The notes below the pieces were generated by a model, which did not search any database, was not told the origin of the DNA, and worked only from the letters and a program-made list of their open reading frames with translations. From an uncultured Gemmatimonadaceae bacterium (lineage in GTDB: Bacteria > Gemmatimonadota > Gemmatimonadetes > Gemmatimonadales > Gemmatimonadaceae), in assembly GCA_963829055.1 (NCBI GenBank), contig CAWHHI010000006.1, forward strand, positions 1 to 64,000: DNA of 64,000 bases. The letters run 5' to 3'. Position 1 is the stretch's first letter. Each line of letters starts with the position of its first letter. Position numbers and translations under genes: made by a program. Shown here piece by piece: positions 47,422 through 59,631 of the stretch.

Positions 47422-48933
47422 ATGCCGTCGCACGAGTTCTACACCACGCCCACGCTGCGTCTGGTGGTCGGGCCCACCGCCAGCGTCGACGCGGACGTGT
47501 TGGTGATCCCCGTCTTTACCGACACCGACCCGACGACACTCGATCTTCCAGACGACGTGACGCAGGGAATGGTCGCGTTGCGCGGCACGCAGGAACTGAA
47601 GGGCGAGCCCTACGAGCAGCATTGGCTGCGTGCTGACGGGGTGGCGGCCGGACGGGTGTTGCTGCTCGGCGGTGGGCCGGCGGCAGTGCCTCCGCCGACG
47701 CTGGCGCGCCGGCTGGGAACCGCGGCCGGCCTGGCCACGCGTACGCGCGGGCCAGGGCCGGGTGGCGATCGTGGCGCACGGCCCGCTGCAGGGCGAGGCC
47801 ACCGTGCGGGCGCTGGCCGAGGGCGTGACACTCGCGGCCTTTCACGTCGACGCCTACAAGACGCGCGATCGCAAGCTCGCCGATCTGCATTCGGCGGCCA
47901 TCGTCGTCTCGACCGGGCGGCGCCGAGTCGCTGGCCGACGCGGTGGCGCTCGGGTCGGTGCTGGGCGAGGCCGTCAACGTCGCGCGCGCCGTCGCCCACG
48001 AGCCGCCCAACGTCCTCACGCCGGCCGTGCTCGCCGATCGCGCGAAGGCCCTGTTCGCCGGGACACCCGTGCAGGTGGACGTGCTCGACGAGGCGCAACT
48101 GCGCGAGAAGCACATGGGCCTGCTGATCGGCGTGGCCCAGGGCAGCGTGCACGCGCCACGCATGATCGTGCTGACCTACGAACCGGCGGAGGCCGTCGGG
48201 CCCGGTGCTCGCGCTGGTGGGCAAGGCGGTCACGTTCGACACCGGCGGCATCTCGATCAAGCCGGCCGACAACATGGACAAGATGAAGTACGACATGTGC
48301 GGGGGCGCCGCCGTGCTCGGCGCCTTCCACGCCATCGCCCGGACCGGCGCACCAGGCAAGGTGATCGGCGTCATCCCGTCGGTGGAGAACATGCCGAGCG
48401 GTGCGGCATTCCGTCCAGGCGACGTCCTCACGGGTGCGAGCGGACTCACCGTCGAGATCACCAACACCGACGCCGAAGGCCGCCTCATCCTCGGCGATGC
48501 CTTGTGGTACGCCAGGCAACTGGGCGCGACGCACCTGGTGGACATCGCGACGTTGACCGGCGCATGTGCGGTGGCGCTCGGCCGTGTCGCGTCCGGCCTC
48601 TTCGGCTCGCCCGACACATGGCGCGACACGGTGCAGGCGGCCGGCGTGCGTGGTGGCGACTTCCTGTGGCCGCTGCCGATGACCGACGACTACAAGGAGC
48701 TGCTCAAGAGCGACATCGCCGACATGGTCAACGCGGCGGGCACTCGCTATGGCGGCGCCATCAGCGCTGCGCTGTTCCTCAAGGCCTTCATCGGCGACAC
48801 CTCCTGGGCGCATCTCGACATCGCTGGCACGGCGTGGGCCGACGAGCCGAAGCCGTACCAGCCGAAGGGCCCGACTGGCGTCGCCGTTCGGACGCTGATC
48901 GAGCTCGCGCGGTCGTCGGCGAGCTGGGGCTGA
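47422..48933 (+). CDS. pepA: leucyl aminopeptidase M17
   Basis: LVGKAVTFDTGGISIK, MKYDM.G, ENMPSG, NTDAEGRLIL.D, DIATLTGA, WAHLDIAG. Confidence 0.94.
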
Positions 48934-48937
48934 CAAT

Positions 48938-48968
48938 GCCTGTCCGCCGTAGCCTTGGCGAAGGCGGA
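48938..48968. repeat. REP-like intergenic element
   Basis: GCCTGTCCGCCGTAGCCTTGGCGAAGGCGGA with TCCGCC/GGCGGA stem, right after the pepA stop. Confidence 0.5.
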
Positions 48969-49138
48969 TCGCAGGCTCCCGCGCAGCCGAAGTCGGATGC
49001 GCCGCCGCCGGCCCCACCGACTCCGCCGCGACGCGACGAAGGACCATCCCGCGACTCAGCCGGCGATGCCTTCCGGCCCTCCCGCGGGCACGGGCATCCT
49101 GCGCGCGCCTGGTGTGCCGCCGCAGCAACGTGCCCCTG

Positions 49139-49375
49139 ATGTCGATCCAGAAGGACGCGCCGGCAGGGACACGCGTGGAGGTCGGGCCGATCACGCCGGC
49201 CAAGGGCGTGGCCGACGTCCTGATGGGCTCCATCGGCATCGTCTTCATCGCCGTGCTCGCGTCGGTGCTGCTCGGGGCCGTGCTCGGCGGTGTCCTCGTG
49301 CTGGTGAAGCACCGCCTCGGATGGGGCGGTCCGGAGAAGGACGCCGAGCAGCACATCTCGCTCACGGAGAGATAC
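49139..49375 (+). CDS. small single-TM hypothetical protein
   Basis: Hydrophobic IGIVFIAVLASVLLGAVLGGVLVLV segment; stop not clearly seen. Confidence 0.4.
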
Positions 49376-49537
49376 GGCAGGCGTCGGACTCCCAACGAAT
49401 CGCCCAGAGGGATCACTGCAGCGCGGACTCAACACCGTACGCCGGACATCGGCGCCTCGCGGACAGCCCGCGCAGACCGTCACGGACGCGCCGGCGGTGG
49501 CACTGGCACTCTTGCCATTGTGCAAGTGCGGCCGAGT

Positions 49538-51540
49538 CTACTGCGTCCGCGACGCCGTCGTGTTGCCCTTGAGCGATCGCTGGTAGCGGATCACCGCATC
49601 GCGAAGCGCTTCCGCGATCTCCTGCCGATACTTCGAGGTCTTCAGGCGCCCGCCTTCGTCGGGCGTGCTCACGAAGCCGATCTCGGCCAGCACACTCGGC
49701 ATGGACGCCCCGATGAGCACCACGAGCGGGGCCTGCTTGATGCCGCGATCGGGCAACTCGCTCTCGCTCTTGCGCAGCCGCGACACGAGGTTGCCCTGGA
49801 CGATCTCCGCGAGGTCGCGCGACTCGTCGGCCTTGTTGTTCAGCGTGATCGCCTTGACGATGTCGGGGAGCTGTCGCATCGAGCCCTTGGCGATGGCGTT
49901 CTCGCGCGCCGCCACTTCCTCGGCGTCACTCGTGTTGGCGAAGTTGAGGATGAACGTCTCCACGCCCTGCGCGGTCTTCTTCCGGCTGGAATTGGCGTGA
50001 ATCGAGAGGAACATGTCGGCGTTCTGCCGGTTGGCGATCCGCGTCCGTTCCTCGAGTTCGATGAACTCGTCGGTCCGACGCGTCATCACGACATCGATGC
50101 CCGCCTCCTGTTTCAGCAATTTCTCCACGCGGAGGGCGACGTCGAGCACGAGTTCGGCTTCGCGGATGCCGTCGCCGAGCGCGCCGGTGTCGTGGCCGCC
50201 GTGGCCGGCGTCGATGACGATGCGCGAGACACCGAGGCCCAGCTGACGGGCGAGTGAGTAGTTGCCGGAGCTGTTGGATTCGGGTGCCGTCGGCACCACG
50301 GCGACATTCGGGCCGGCAGGCGCGGACCCGTATTGGCGCGTCTGTCGCACGCGTCGTCTCGGCGACCGGCGCGGGTGGCGGGAGCGGGCGCGCCGGCGTC
50401 GTGTTCTTCGGCACGAGCGCGTCGCTACCGGCAGGGCGCGGCCCGGAGGCGACGGCCGTTGGCGCAGACGTCGGCCCCTTCTGCGTCAGTGCGCCGGGCT
50501 CGCGATACATGTCGAGCACGAGCCGGTAGGGGTTGTAGAGCGTGAACAGGCTGTGCCTGGCGACGCCGCGGGTATCGATCACCACGCGCGCGACACCGCC
50601 GGGATGTGTGCCGATGCGAATCTCGCGGACGATGTCGCCGTCCGTGAAGGTCCTGACGCCTTCCTCGATCGCGGGTGCGAGGCTGGCGCCGGTGAGATCG
50701 AAGAACAGGCGTGACGGATTCTGGAGCGCTTCCTCGTGATAGGCGACCTCGCCGTCGAGTTCGATCGTGACACGTACCACTTCCGGCAGGACGACGCGCT
50801 TCACGTCCCGCACCACGACCTTGCCGGCGACGGCCGGCCGTGTCGGGACGTTCGGCATGGCCGGCACGGGCTTGGGCGCCGGTGGGGGAGTGGTGGACGT
50901 ACGGCTTGCCGCGGTGGCTGCGGCCGACGAGGCCGCGGGGCTTTCGTCCACGGTCGCGTCATCGGCCGCCGTCGGTTCCGCCTCGGCGGTCCGGATGTTG
51001 GCCTTGGCGAGTTCGGTGGCGGCGGGCGGAGGCGCGGAGCGCTCGGCCCGTGCGCTTCGCGTGCCGGCGTCTGCCTTGGTCGTCTTTGGCGCCGCCGCCG
51101 AGATCTTGCGCAGGCGCGTCTGGGCGTCGCGCGCGAGCGAACTCGACGGGTACTCCTTCACCAGCCAGCGCAGCATCTCCATCGCGCTGTCGCGCTCCTG
51201 CTTGGCGCCGTAGGAAATGTTGGCGTCGTAGGCCAGGTTGGCGCCGTTCCAGAGGGCGTTGTCGGCGTACCCGCTCGTGGGCCACCTGCGGGCGATTGCC
51301 TCGTAGTCCTCGATCACGGCCCGCATCTGCGAGAGCGGCGCCTGGCGGCGCGACGTGCGCAGCGTGCGTTCGCGCGCCAGCGTCCGATCGTAGGCGCTCC
51401 TGGCAGTGCTCGCGGTCCGAGACGTTGCCGCAGGCGCCGTCTTCGTGGAACCCGGCTTCTTCTTCTGCGCGCCATCCACCGGCGCGACATATGGCCAGGG
51501 CGAGCGTCGCCGCGGCGATGATGCGTAAGCTGCGTCGCAT
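49538..51540 (-). CDS. N-acetylmuramoyl-L-alanine amidase with TPR and AMIN domains (frameshifted)
   Basis: IVIDAGHGGHDTGA, FLSIHANS, MPSVLAEIGF; AMIN NPSRLFFDL/NPYRLVLD; N-terminal TPR. Confidence 0.9.
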
Positions 51541-51549
51541 AGGAAGTCC

Positions 51550-53105
51550 TCAGCGCAGTTGCGCGTCCACCTCGTCGAAGTAGTCCTTGGGCACGAGCAC
51601 CTCGCGGGCCTTGCCGCCCTGGCCGCTCGAGACCAGCCCTTCGGCCTCCATCATGTCCACCAGGCGCGCGGCACGGCTGAAGCCGATGCGCAGCCGTCGC
51701 TGCAGGTAGCTGATCGATGCCTGCGCGCTCGACACCACGATGCGCGCCGCCTCGTCGTAGAGGTCGTCCTTCTCGAATCCGCCCGCCATCGTCTCGCCCG
51801 ACTTCTCCTCGTCGGTGATCGATCGGTCGTACGACGGCTGGCCCTGCTTGCGCAGGAAGCTCGCCAGTCGCGCGCTCTCCTGCTCCGAGATGTAGGCGCC
51901 ATGCAGGCGCATGACGCGCGAGGACGCGGGCGGCAGGAAGAGCATGTCGCCCTTGCCGAGCAACTGCTCGGCGCCGTTGGCGTCGAGGATCGTCCGTGAG
52001 TCGACCTTGGACGACACGCGGAAGGAGATGCGCGACGGCATGTTGGCCTTGATCAGGCCGGTGATGACGTCCACCGACGGACGCTGCGTCGCGAGGATCA
52101 GGTGGATGCCGACCGCACGCGCCATCTGCGCGAGTCGGCAGATGGATTGCTCGACCTCGCTCGAGGCCACCATCATCAGGTCCGCGAGTTCGTCGATGAC
52201 GACGACGACGAACGGCAGCGGCTTGAGGGCTTCGCCGGTCTTCGAGTCGGTCCGCACCTCGCCGGCGTCGATCGACGCCTTGAGGTTGCGGTTGAACTGC
52301 TCGATGTTGCGGACGCCGAACGCGGCCAGCGTCTTGTAACGCTCTTCCATCTCCCGCACGGCCCAGCGCAGCGCATTGGCCGCGAGCTTGGGCTCGACCA
52401 CGACCGGCGTGAGCAGGTGGGGGATGTCCTCGTACATGCCGAGTTCGAGGCGCTTCGGGTCGATCATGATGAAGCGCACCTGATCCGGCGTGGCGCGGTA
52501 GAGGATGCTCGTCAGCATCGCGTTGAGGCCGACCGACTTGCCCGTGCCGGTCGACCCGGCGATGAGCAGGTGCGGCATCGTCGCCAGGTCGCTGACGTAG
52601 GGCTCGCCGTGGATGGTCTTGCCGAGCGCGATCGCCAGCTTGGAACTGGACTTCCGGTACGGCTCCGACTCGAGCAGTTCGCGCAGCGAGATCGACTCGC
52701 GGACGGGGTTCGGGATCTGGATGCCGACGGTGCTCTTGCCAGGAATGCGATCGATCAGCACCGACTCGGCACGCATGGCCAGGGAGAGATCCTCGGACAG
52801 CCCCGTGATCTTGCTGTACTTCACGCCCGCATCGGGCTTGAACTCGTAGGTCGTGACGACCGGTCCCGGCAGGATCTGGACGACGGTGCCTTCGACGGAG
52901 AACTCGCGGCACTTGTCCTCGAGTTGTCGCGCCGAATCCATCAACTCCCGCTCGTCCACCTTGCGCTCGGCCTGGGCCGGGTCGAGCAGCGCGAGCGGCG
53001 GCAGCGTGTAGCCGCCGGCCTTGCGCTCGGCGGGCGCCTTCAACTCGGACTCGTGCTCGGCCAGCGACGTGGGTGTTGGCGTCGGCGAGACGCGCACGGG
53101 CTGCG
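51550..53105 (-). CDS. ftsK: DNA translocase FtsK, motor and gamma domains only (5' end missing)
   Basis: PHLLIAGSTGTGKS, IDPKRLEL, VIDELADLM, LATQRPSVDVITG, GAEQLLGKGDML, LQRRLRIGFSRAAR; no N-terminal TM domain. Confidence 0.92.
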
Positions 53106-53129
53106 GGCGAACGCGGCTACCGCGGTTAC

Positions 53130-53188
53130 ATAAGCCACTGTAAAGCCACTGTAAGTGCTGGCCAATCCTCCCATAAGCACGAGGTAAG
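53130..53188 (+). promoter_or_regulatory. 11-bp-phased TAA(G) direct-repeat array (putative SARP/BTAD-type operator)
   Basis: AAGCCACTGTA tandem; TAA at 53141, 53152, 53174, 53185. Confidence 0.55.
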
Positions 53189-53257
53189 AGCGCCCTCACA
53201 GTTTCCTGCGCGTCGCCGGCACGGTGCCGGCGAGGGCGATCACAATCGGAGGCATTC

Positions 53258-54222
53258 GTGCTGGCGACTCGCGACGACGTGTACCAGAACTTCCCGTCCA
53301 CGGCTCCCACCCGCTACGAGACGCTCTCGGCGGCCCAGTCACTCGCCTCGCTCGAGCGTGCCCTCCACACCCTGCTTTCTCCCTTCGATTACTCGAGCGC
53401 CGGCGAGTGGCTCGACGCCGCCTGTACCGCCATGGGCGAGGTCACCGGCAGCGAGTTCCGCATGCCGACCGTCACGTCAGGCGAAACCGCCTGGGACGCG
53501 ATCGAGCGTGCGCTCGACGCGTACGCCGCGCGTGTAAGCGCCGACGCCACGGCCCGGAGAATCTGCAGCGAGCCGCGATGATCCGCGTGCTCGTGCCGCC
53601 CGTTCAAGGCTGGCGTGTCGGAATGGCGTCGTCTCGCGGCGCGTCGCACCGAGCTCGCCGCGCTGCTCGACGCGATCCCGGAGCCGGTGCTGATGTACGA
53701 CGGTGCGGGCGGACTCGTTCACGCCAATCCCCGCGCGGCCGAGTTGTTCGGCATGCCGGGCGCGGCCGGGCCGGGCGCTCAGGTTCGCACCGAAGCGCAG
53801 CGCATGGCCTGGAGCCTGGCCGCCGCGGCGCAGCGATCGGTCGAAGGATGCGGCGAACGAGTCGAAGGCCACCAACACGCCGGCGCTTCGCGAAGTCCGA
53901 GCCGACGGTCGGGTCTACCGCCTGCGCGGCACGCTGGCGACGGGCTGGATGCCGGGCGGCGAGGCCGGCGTGCTCGTGACGGCCGCGTTCGAGCTCGTGA
54001 ATCCGCTGACCGACCTCGAGCTGCCGTAGCCGCTACGGCCTGAGCGCGCGCGAAGTCGAGGTCGCGCGTCTCGTCGCGACCGGCTTGTCGAACCAGGAAG
54101 TCGCTGAGCAGTTGGGCGTCAGCTACTTCACCGCGCGCAACCACGTCGAGCGCGTGCTGTCGAAGCTCGGCGTCGGCAACCGTTCGCGCGTGGGTGCGGT
54201 GCTGCGCAACGAGGCCGCGTGA
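53258..54222 (+). CDS. PAS + LuxR-type HTH transcriptional regulator (frameshifted)
   Basis: RBS GGAGG; LLDAIPEPVLMYD...LVHANPRA PAS; GLSAREVEVARLVATGLSNQEVAEQLGVS..TARNHVERVLSKLGV. Confidence 0.85.
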
Positions 54223-54315
54223 ACGCGGAGCTGGTAGCGGCGATTCAGGCGATGCGGAATCGGCAATCGAGCCTGCCAGCTGACCGAGCTCTGATCGCTC
54301 CGATCCCGCTCCCGC

Positions 54316-57233
54316 TTACGCCGTCACCGCCTTGATCTCGTCGTGCAGCTCGCGGGTCTCTTCCTCCGGCTCGGCGTCCAGCTCCTTGCGAAGCCGCTCA
54401 CTGAATCGCTGATAGAGCCGCAGCGCCTGCGCTCGCTCGCCGACGCGAGCATAGCACCGCATCAGCGCGCGCGTCGCGTCCTCGTTCAGGTCGTCGCGCG
54501 CGAGCAGGCGACGATACGCATCCGCCGCTTTCGCGTTGCGCTCCTCCTTCGCGTGCCGGTCGCCGAGCTCCATCAGCGCGTCGACGAACAGGCGCTGCAG
54601 CCGATCGCGATGCTCGAGCTGCCAGTCGCCCGCCGGCTCGCCGTCCAGGAAATCGCCGCGGAATCGCGCGACCGCGCGCTCGAGTGCCGCAACGGCGCCG
54701 TCTTCCCGACGCTTCAGCGCCCGCCGCGCCGCGACGATCTCGCGCTCGAACTCCGCGACGTCGAACTCCGCGACCACTTCCGGATCGACTCGGTAGCGGT
54801 CGTTCGACGAGCGTGATCCAGTCGGGGTTGCGCAGCGCTTTGCGCAGGCGATGCAGCGTGACGTGGAAGCTGTTGCGGAGCTGCGTCGGACGACGCCTCC
54901 GGCCAGAACGCGAGGCCGACCTGCTCCTTCGTTCGACCGTCGGGATGCATCAGCAGATAGACGAGCAGCTCGCGCGGCCGCGCCGATCCCCACACGGTCG
55001 TGTCGATCGCCTCGTTGCCGACGAAGACCTGCAGCGGGCCTAACGCGAGCACGCGCAGCGTGTCCGTGGCGGGCGGAGCGACCGGCGGCGTCACGGGCAC
55101 GTCGCCGAGTACGGGCACCCGGTATTCCGCGGTCTGCATGCCGCCGGCGTCGCTCGCGATCTGAGCGACCTCCTCCATCGGCATCGTGCGGCCCTCGTCG
55201 TACATCCGCTCGTAGTAGCCGCCCAGCTGCTCGCGCGCGATCGTCGACGAGTCGCTCGCGCTCGCCGCGGTCCGACGCCGGCAGCGCGATCGCGACGCGC
55301 TCGCGCAGCGCGTCGACCGCACCCATGAGGCGAACGCCATCCGCGTATCGCTCGCGGCGATCACGAGGCCGGCGAGTCCCTCGAGGTCGAGCGCGAGTCC
55401 CCAGCCATCGCCGATCTCGAGGTGCACGCGGAGACCATCGCTCAGTCGAGCGTACGCCTCGTCGTACTCGCCCAGCTTGCAGAGCACCCTGCCGAGCATC
55501 GCGCACGAGTGCGCGAATGACGTGCGATGGCTGATCTGCCTGCCGAAGCGAACACCGTCCTCGAACATTTCGCGCGCGAGCTGGAGCTCGCCGCGCACGA
55601 CCGCGCCCCATCCGCGCCAGAAGCGGATGAAGGAGTGCAGAATCGAAAGCGGCAGCGGCTTCGCGAGCTCGTACGACTCGTCGAGCAGCTGACCGGCGAG
55701 CGACGTTGTCGCCGAGCATGATGTACGTGGCGCCGAGCTTGGAGAGCACGAACGCGATCGACGACGACGTCGCCGTGGGCTCGGAACAGCGCCAGGCTCT
55801 CCGCGAACGACTCGCGGCGACTGCTCGTAGTCGCCCTGCGCGAGCGCGCTCAGTCCGTCGGCCGCGAGCGCTCGCGCGCGCAGCAGCGGATCGACGTCCG
55901 GCGCGTTCGCGAGCGCGCGGGCGATCTGCTCGCGCGCCTGCGTGAAACTGTCCCGAGCCGTACCAATACCCCGTGCCGTACCAGTACCAGAACAGCGCAT
56001 CGGCGAAGCGCAGCGCCTCCTCGGCGCGCGACGGATCGTTCGCAGCCCACGCGGACGCGTCGCGGAGGTTGTCGTGCTCGACGGCAATGCGCGCGAGGAG
56101 TCCGGGCTCGTGTTCGCCGCCGATCAGCAGCGGCGCAAAGCGCTCGGCGAACTCGAGATAGTGGCGCGCGTGGCGCTCGCGGTAATGCGCGACGGCGCTC
56201 TGCTGGTTCAGGAGCGTCGAAGCCGTACTGCCGCACCGTCTCGAGCAGGCGATAGCGCGCGACGCCGTCGCCCGGCTTCCATGACGACGAGCGACTTGTC
56301 GACGAGCGCGGCGACGCCGTCGAGAATGTCTTCCGCCTCGAGCGGATCGCCGACGCAGACGGCTTCCGCTGCCTCGAGCGAGAAGCTTCCGGCGAAGACC
56401 GCGAGTCGGCAGAGGAGCGCCTGCTCGCGTCGATCGAGGAGCCCGTAGCTCCAGTCCATCGTGCCGCGCAGCGTTCGCTGGCGCGGTAGTGCCGTGCGAC
56501 TGCCGGTAGTGAGCAGACGAAATGCGTCGTCGAGCCGCGAGGCGATCTGCTCCGCGCGACAGCACGCGAACGCGCGCCGCGGCGAGCTCGATGGCGAGCG
56601 GAATGCCATCGAGTCGGCGGCAGATGTCGCGAACCGCGTTCGCATTCGCGTCCGTCAGCTCGAACGACGGCATCGACGCCTGCGCGCGCTCGACGAACAG
56701 CTGAATCGCTTCGGCGCCGCCGAGCGGCGGAACGAGCCACGCCGTTTCGCTCGGGATGCCGAGCGCTTCGCGGCTCGTCGCGAGGATGCTGAGCTTCGGG
56801 CATGCGCGAAGCAATTGCTCCACCAACTCGGCCGCCGCGTCGACGAGGTGCTCGCAGTTGTCGAGGACGAGGAGCATCGCGTGTCGCCGATCGTCGCGAT
56901 GAGCGCTTCCGCCGGGCGGCCGCCGCGATCGGGGATGTGGAGCGCGGTCGCGACCTCGCGGGCGAGGGTCGTCGGGTCGGCGATCGGAGCGAGGTCGACC
57001 CATCCGATTCGCGCGTATCGGCCTGCCTCCGCGGCGGCGACCTCGCGCGCGAGCCGCGTCTTGCCGCTTCCGCCGGCACCGGTCAGCGTGAGGAGACGGG
57101 TGGCGCCGATCAGGCGTCCGAGCTCGGTCAGCTCATGGCCGCGACCGATGAACCGCGTCAGGTGGACGGGTAGATCGGCGCTTGGGGACTGGTTCGAGAG
57201 GAGCGGTGGAGACGGCGGGGCAGACGTCGACAT
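54316..57233 (-). CDS. STAND (NB-ARC-like) ATPase-TPR regulator with C-terminal wHTH-BTAD (frameshifted)
   Basis: [50 protein letters not shown]-terminal [41 protein letters not shown]. Confidence 0.88.
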
Positions 57234-57396
57234 CCAGAGGGCGCTGCGAGGGGGCGGGCGACTTCGATGGGACGGCAACGATAGGAAACGGACCGCTCGT
57301 ACTCAAGCGATCTGTCCCAATTTCGTCGCGGCCGATCACTGTGCATCTCCGACTCATCGGCGACGATCGCCGACTCGGGAACACGGTCGGGGAATT

Positions 57397-57948
57397 TTAG
57401 CGCGCGGTTGGCGCGATGCCGAGACTCGCGTTGAGCGCTCGTGTGCCGCCGTTTGCGCTGCCGTTCGTCTCGCCGAGGAACGCCTCGGTTCGCCGGAGCG
57501 AGTCCGCGGGCGACCATTCGGGCAGGATCCACAGTGTGCGATCGCTGGCCGGCTGGCCGCCGTTCGAGGTTGTCGTCAGGAGGATGAGGCGGCGTACCGT
57601 GAAGTCGTCGGTCGTCGCGAGGTCGAGCGCAGCGCTGAACGCGGCGTCGCCGGCAATCAGGACGATGGACGATACGCCGATGCCCTCGATGAACCCGCGC
57701 AGCCACACGCTGACGTCCGCGTCCGCAGTGGGTGGAGGCTGCGGGACGAACACGCGGTGTGAGGTGGCGAGCCACTCGACCAGGGGCGTCCAGACCGGGC
57801 TCGCGTGGGTGTCCGCGCCGACGACCACGACCGCGGGCCCGCTGCCGCGCCGGACGTAGCGCGTAACGTGCTCGCCAACACGCACTTCGGCGCAGGGGCC
57901 GAGTGACGTGGTCGAGTTCGTGGTGCAGAGGTCGAGGAGGTTGCTCAC
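57397..57948 (-). CDS. degenerate alpha/beta-hydrolase-like hypothetical protein
   Basis: RYVRRGSGPAVVVV...HRVFVP...FIEGIG....LIA resembles a hydrolase N-terminal fold without a GxSxG nucleophile. Confidence 0.5.
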   Translation of the reverse strand: MSNLLDLCTTNSTTSLGPCAEVRVGEHVTRYVRRGSGPAVVVVGADTHASPVWTPLVEWLATSHRVFVPQPPPTADADVSVWLRGFIEGIGVSSIVLIAGDAAFSAALDLATTDDFTVRRLILLTTTSNGGQPASDRTLWILPEWSPADSLRRTEAFLGETNGSANGGTRALNASLGIAPTAR

Positions 57949-57971
57949 GGGATGGAAATTCGCCGCGAGCG

Positions 57972-57987
57972 CTTACATGCTGCTTAC
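57972..57987 (-). promoter_or_regulatory. GTAAG-N6-GTAAG direct repeat
   Basis: CTTAC at 57972 and 57983 (11-bp period), ~24 nt upstream of the minus-strand gene. Confidence 0.45.
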
Positions 57988-58566
57988 GGAACCGCTGCCG
58001 GGTTTGAGGATTTCGCGAAATCTTTCGCGCGTGAGGCGAGGCCAAGCGTTCCGGGGTCGTCGCGACCTGGAAGCTCTCTCCCTCCTGTTCTTCGCGCTGC
58101 TGAGGCTTCGGGGATCCTGCCGTGGTCTCTGCGCCGGCGAGCCACGCCGGAGGGGCACCGCAACGACTTGGAAGTTTTCGCCAAGGTCGATCGACGGTCA
58201 GGCCTAGTCGAGCGTGTAGAGTGTTGCCGAACACGTCCCCTACAATGCCATCCGTAACCCCATCCGTACATCATGTCTGAGTACAGCCGGCTCGGCGTTA
58301 GGCCATGCCGGCGAACTCCGCCATTTCGGGTCTGCAATGGCTGAGTGGGCGTTAGGCACCGCCGCAACGCCGCGGCGGTGGCGCGACAAGGCGACGGTGA
58401 GATTCAGGCTCGTCGCTGTCATGCCGGTCCGTCGCTTGCAAACCGTCCGCAATCCTGCTCGAGAGGTCCAGGGCACAGCAGTGCTCGGCCTCACCAGACC
58501 ACGGTCTCGTAGGCGGTTCGTTTCGGAGCCGTGGATGAAGAGGATGCACAGCAGATGGAGGTTCGC

Positions 58567-59499
58567 ATGCGGTATTCACCACTCTCGAACTACCAGGACG
58601 CACAATTTCCGGAAGGCATGTCGGACGTACGCGGGTTCGAAGTTCGGACCCGTGATGACGAGAAGGTCGGCAAGGTGAGCGACCTGATCGCGTCTGACGA
58701 CGGGCAGATCCGTTATCTCGACGTGGACCTCGGCGGGATCTTCAATCCTCGCCACGTCCTCCTTCCAGTCGGCGCCGCTGAGGCCGATGCGCGGCGCGAC
58801 GTCGTGTGGATCTCGGGAATGTCGAAAGACGAGATCAAGGCGCTGCCGGATTACACCGGAGACGTGAGCGCGCTGACCAACGACTACGAGTCCCGCGTTC
58901 GCGGCGTGTACGCGGGCCGCATGACGGATAAGGACCTCTACGACCAGGGGAGGTTCTATGCGAACCGGGGCGGCAAGGCGGCCCGCGAGGCGCGCCTAAC
59001 GCTATCCGAGGAACAGCTCTCGGTCGGGAAACGCCAGGTCCAGGCCGGTGAGGCCGCGATCCGTAAGACAGTCGAGACCGAGCACGTGCGGAAGACGGTC
59101 CCGGTCGAGCGCGAGGAGGTCGTGGTCGAGCGCCGGCCGCTCTCGGCAGACGCCAATGCCAACGTGGACATCGGCGAGGACGAGATCCGCATTCCGCTCA
59201 TGCGCGAGGAGGTCGTCGTCGAGAAGCGCGCTGTGCCGGTCGAGGAGGTCGTGGTGCAGAAGCGCGTCGTGACAGAGGAACAGCAGGTCGAGGCCGACTT
59301 GCGCCGCGAGCGCGTCGACGATCGCTCGCTGAACAACCTCGCAGACCGCGAAGTCAGCGCCGCCGACGACGTGGGCAGCACGACCCGACGCGGCTCCAGA
59401 AAGGTCGCGGACAAGCTCGACGACATGAAGGACCGCATCGACGGGAACCCGGCCTCGAAGCCGGGCCCTGATCCGACGGATAGGCCTGAGCGCCGCTAA
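58567..59499 (+). CDS. PRC-barrel + DUF2382 (YsnF/AvaK-like) protein
   Basis: RBS GGAGG; DVRGFEVRTRDDEKVGKVSDLI..IRYLDVD; LSEEQLSVGKRQVQAGE, PVEREEVVVERR. Confidence 0.9.
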   Translation: MRYSPLSNYQDAQFPEGMSDVRGFEVRTRDDEKVGKVSDLIASDDGQIRYLDVDLGGIFNPRHVLLPVGAAEADARRDVVWISGMSKDEIKALPDYTGDVSALTNDYESRVRGVYAGRMTDKDLYDQGRFYANRGGKAAREARLTLSEEQLSVGKRQVQAGEAAIRKTVETEHVRKTVPVEREEVVVERRPLSADANANVDIGEDEIRIPLMREEVVVEKRAVPVEEVVVQKRVVTEEQQVEADLRRERVDDRSLNNLADREVSAADDVGSTTRRGSRKVADKLDDMKDRIDGNPASKPGPDPTDRPERR

Positions 59500-59514
59500 C
59501 AGACCGACGTCGCA

Positions 59515-59557
59515 CGAATGGGGCGGCCACCGGAAATTTCGGTGGCCGCCCCATTCG
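59515..59557 (+). terminator. strong hairpin after the PRC/DUF2382 gene
   Basis: CGAATGGGGCGGCCACCG-GAAATTT-CGGTGGCCGCCCCATTCG, 18-bp perfect stem. Confidence 0.7.
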
Positions 59558-59631
59558 CATCGAACGCCCCACAGGTGTACGTCGCCTGGAGCCGGTCGTA
59601 AGATTCCGCTCAACCCGTTACCCCGCCGCTC

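Noticed and set aside
58248..58358. Short duplicated motifs CCATCCGTA x2 and GGCGTTAGGC x2
   Set aside because: Only two copies each and no supporting structure; could be chance or ordinary promoter sites
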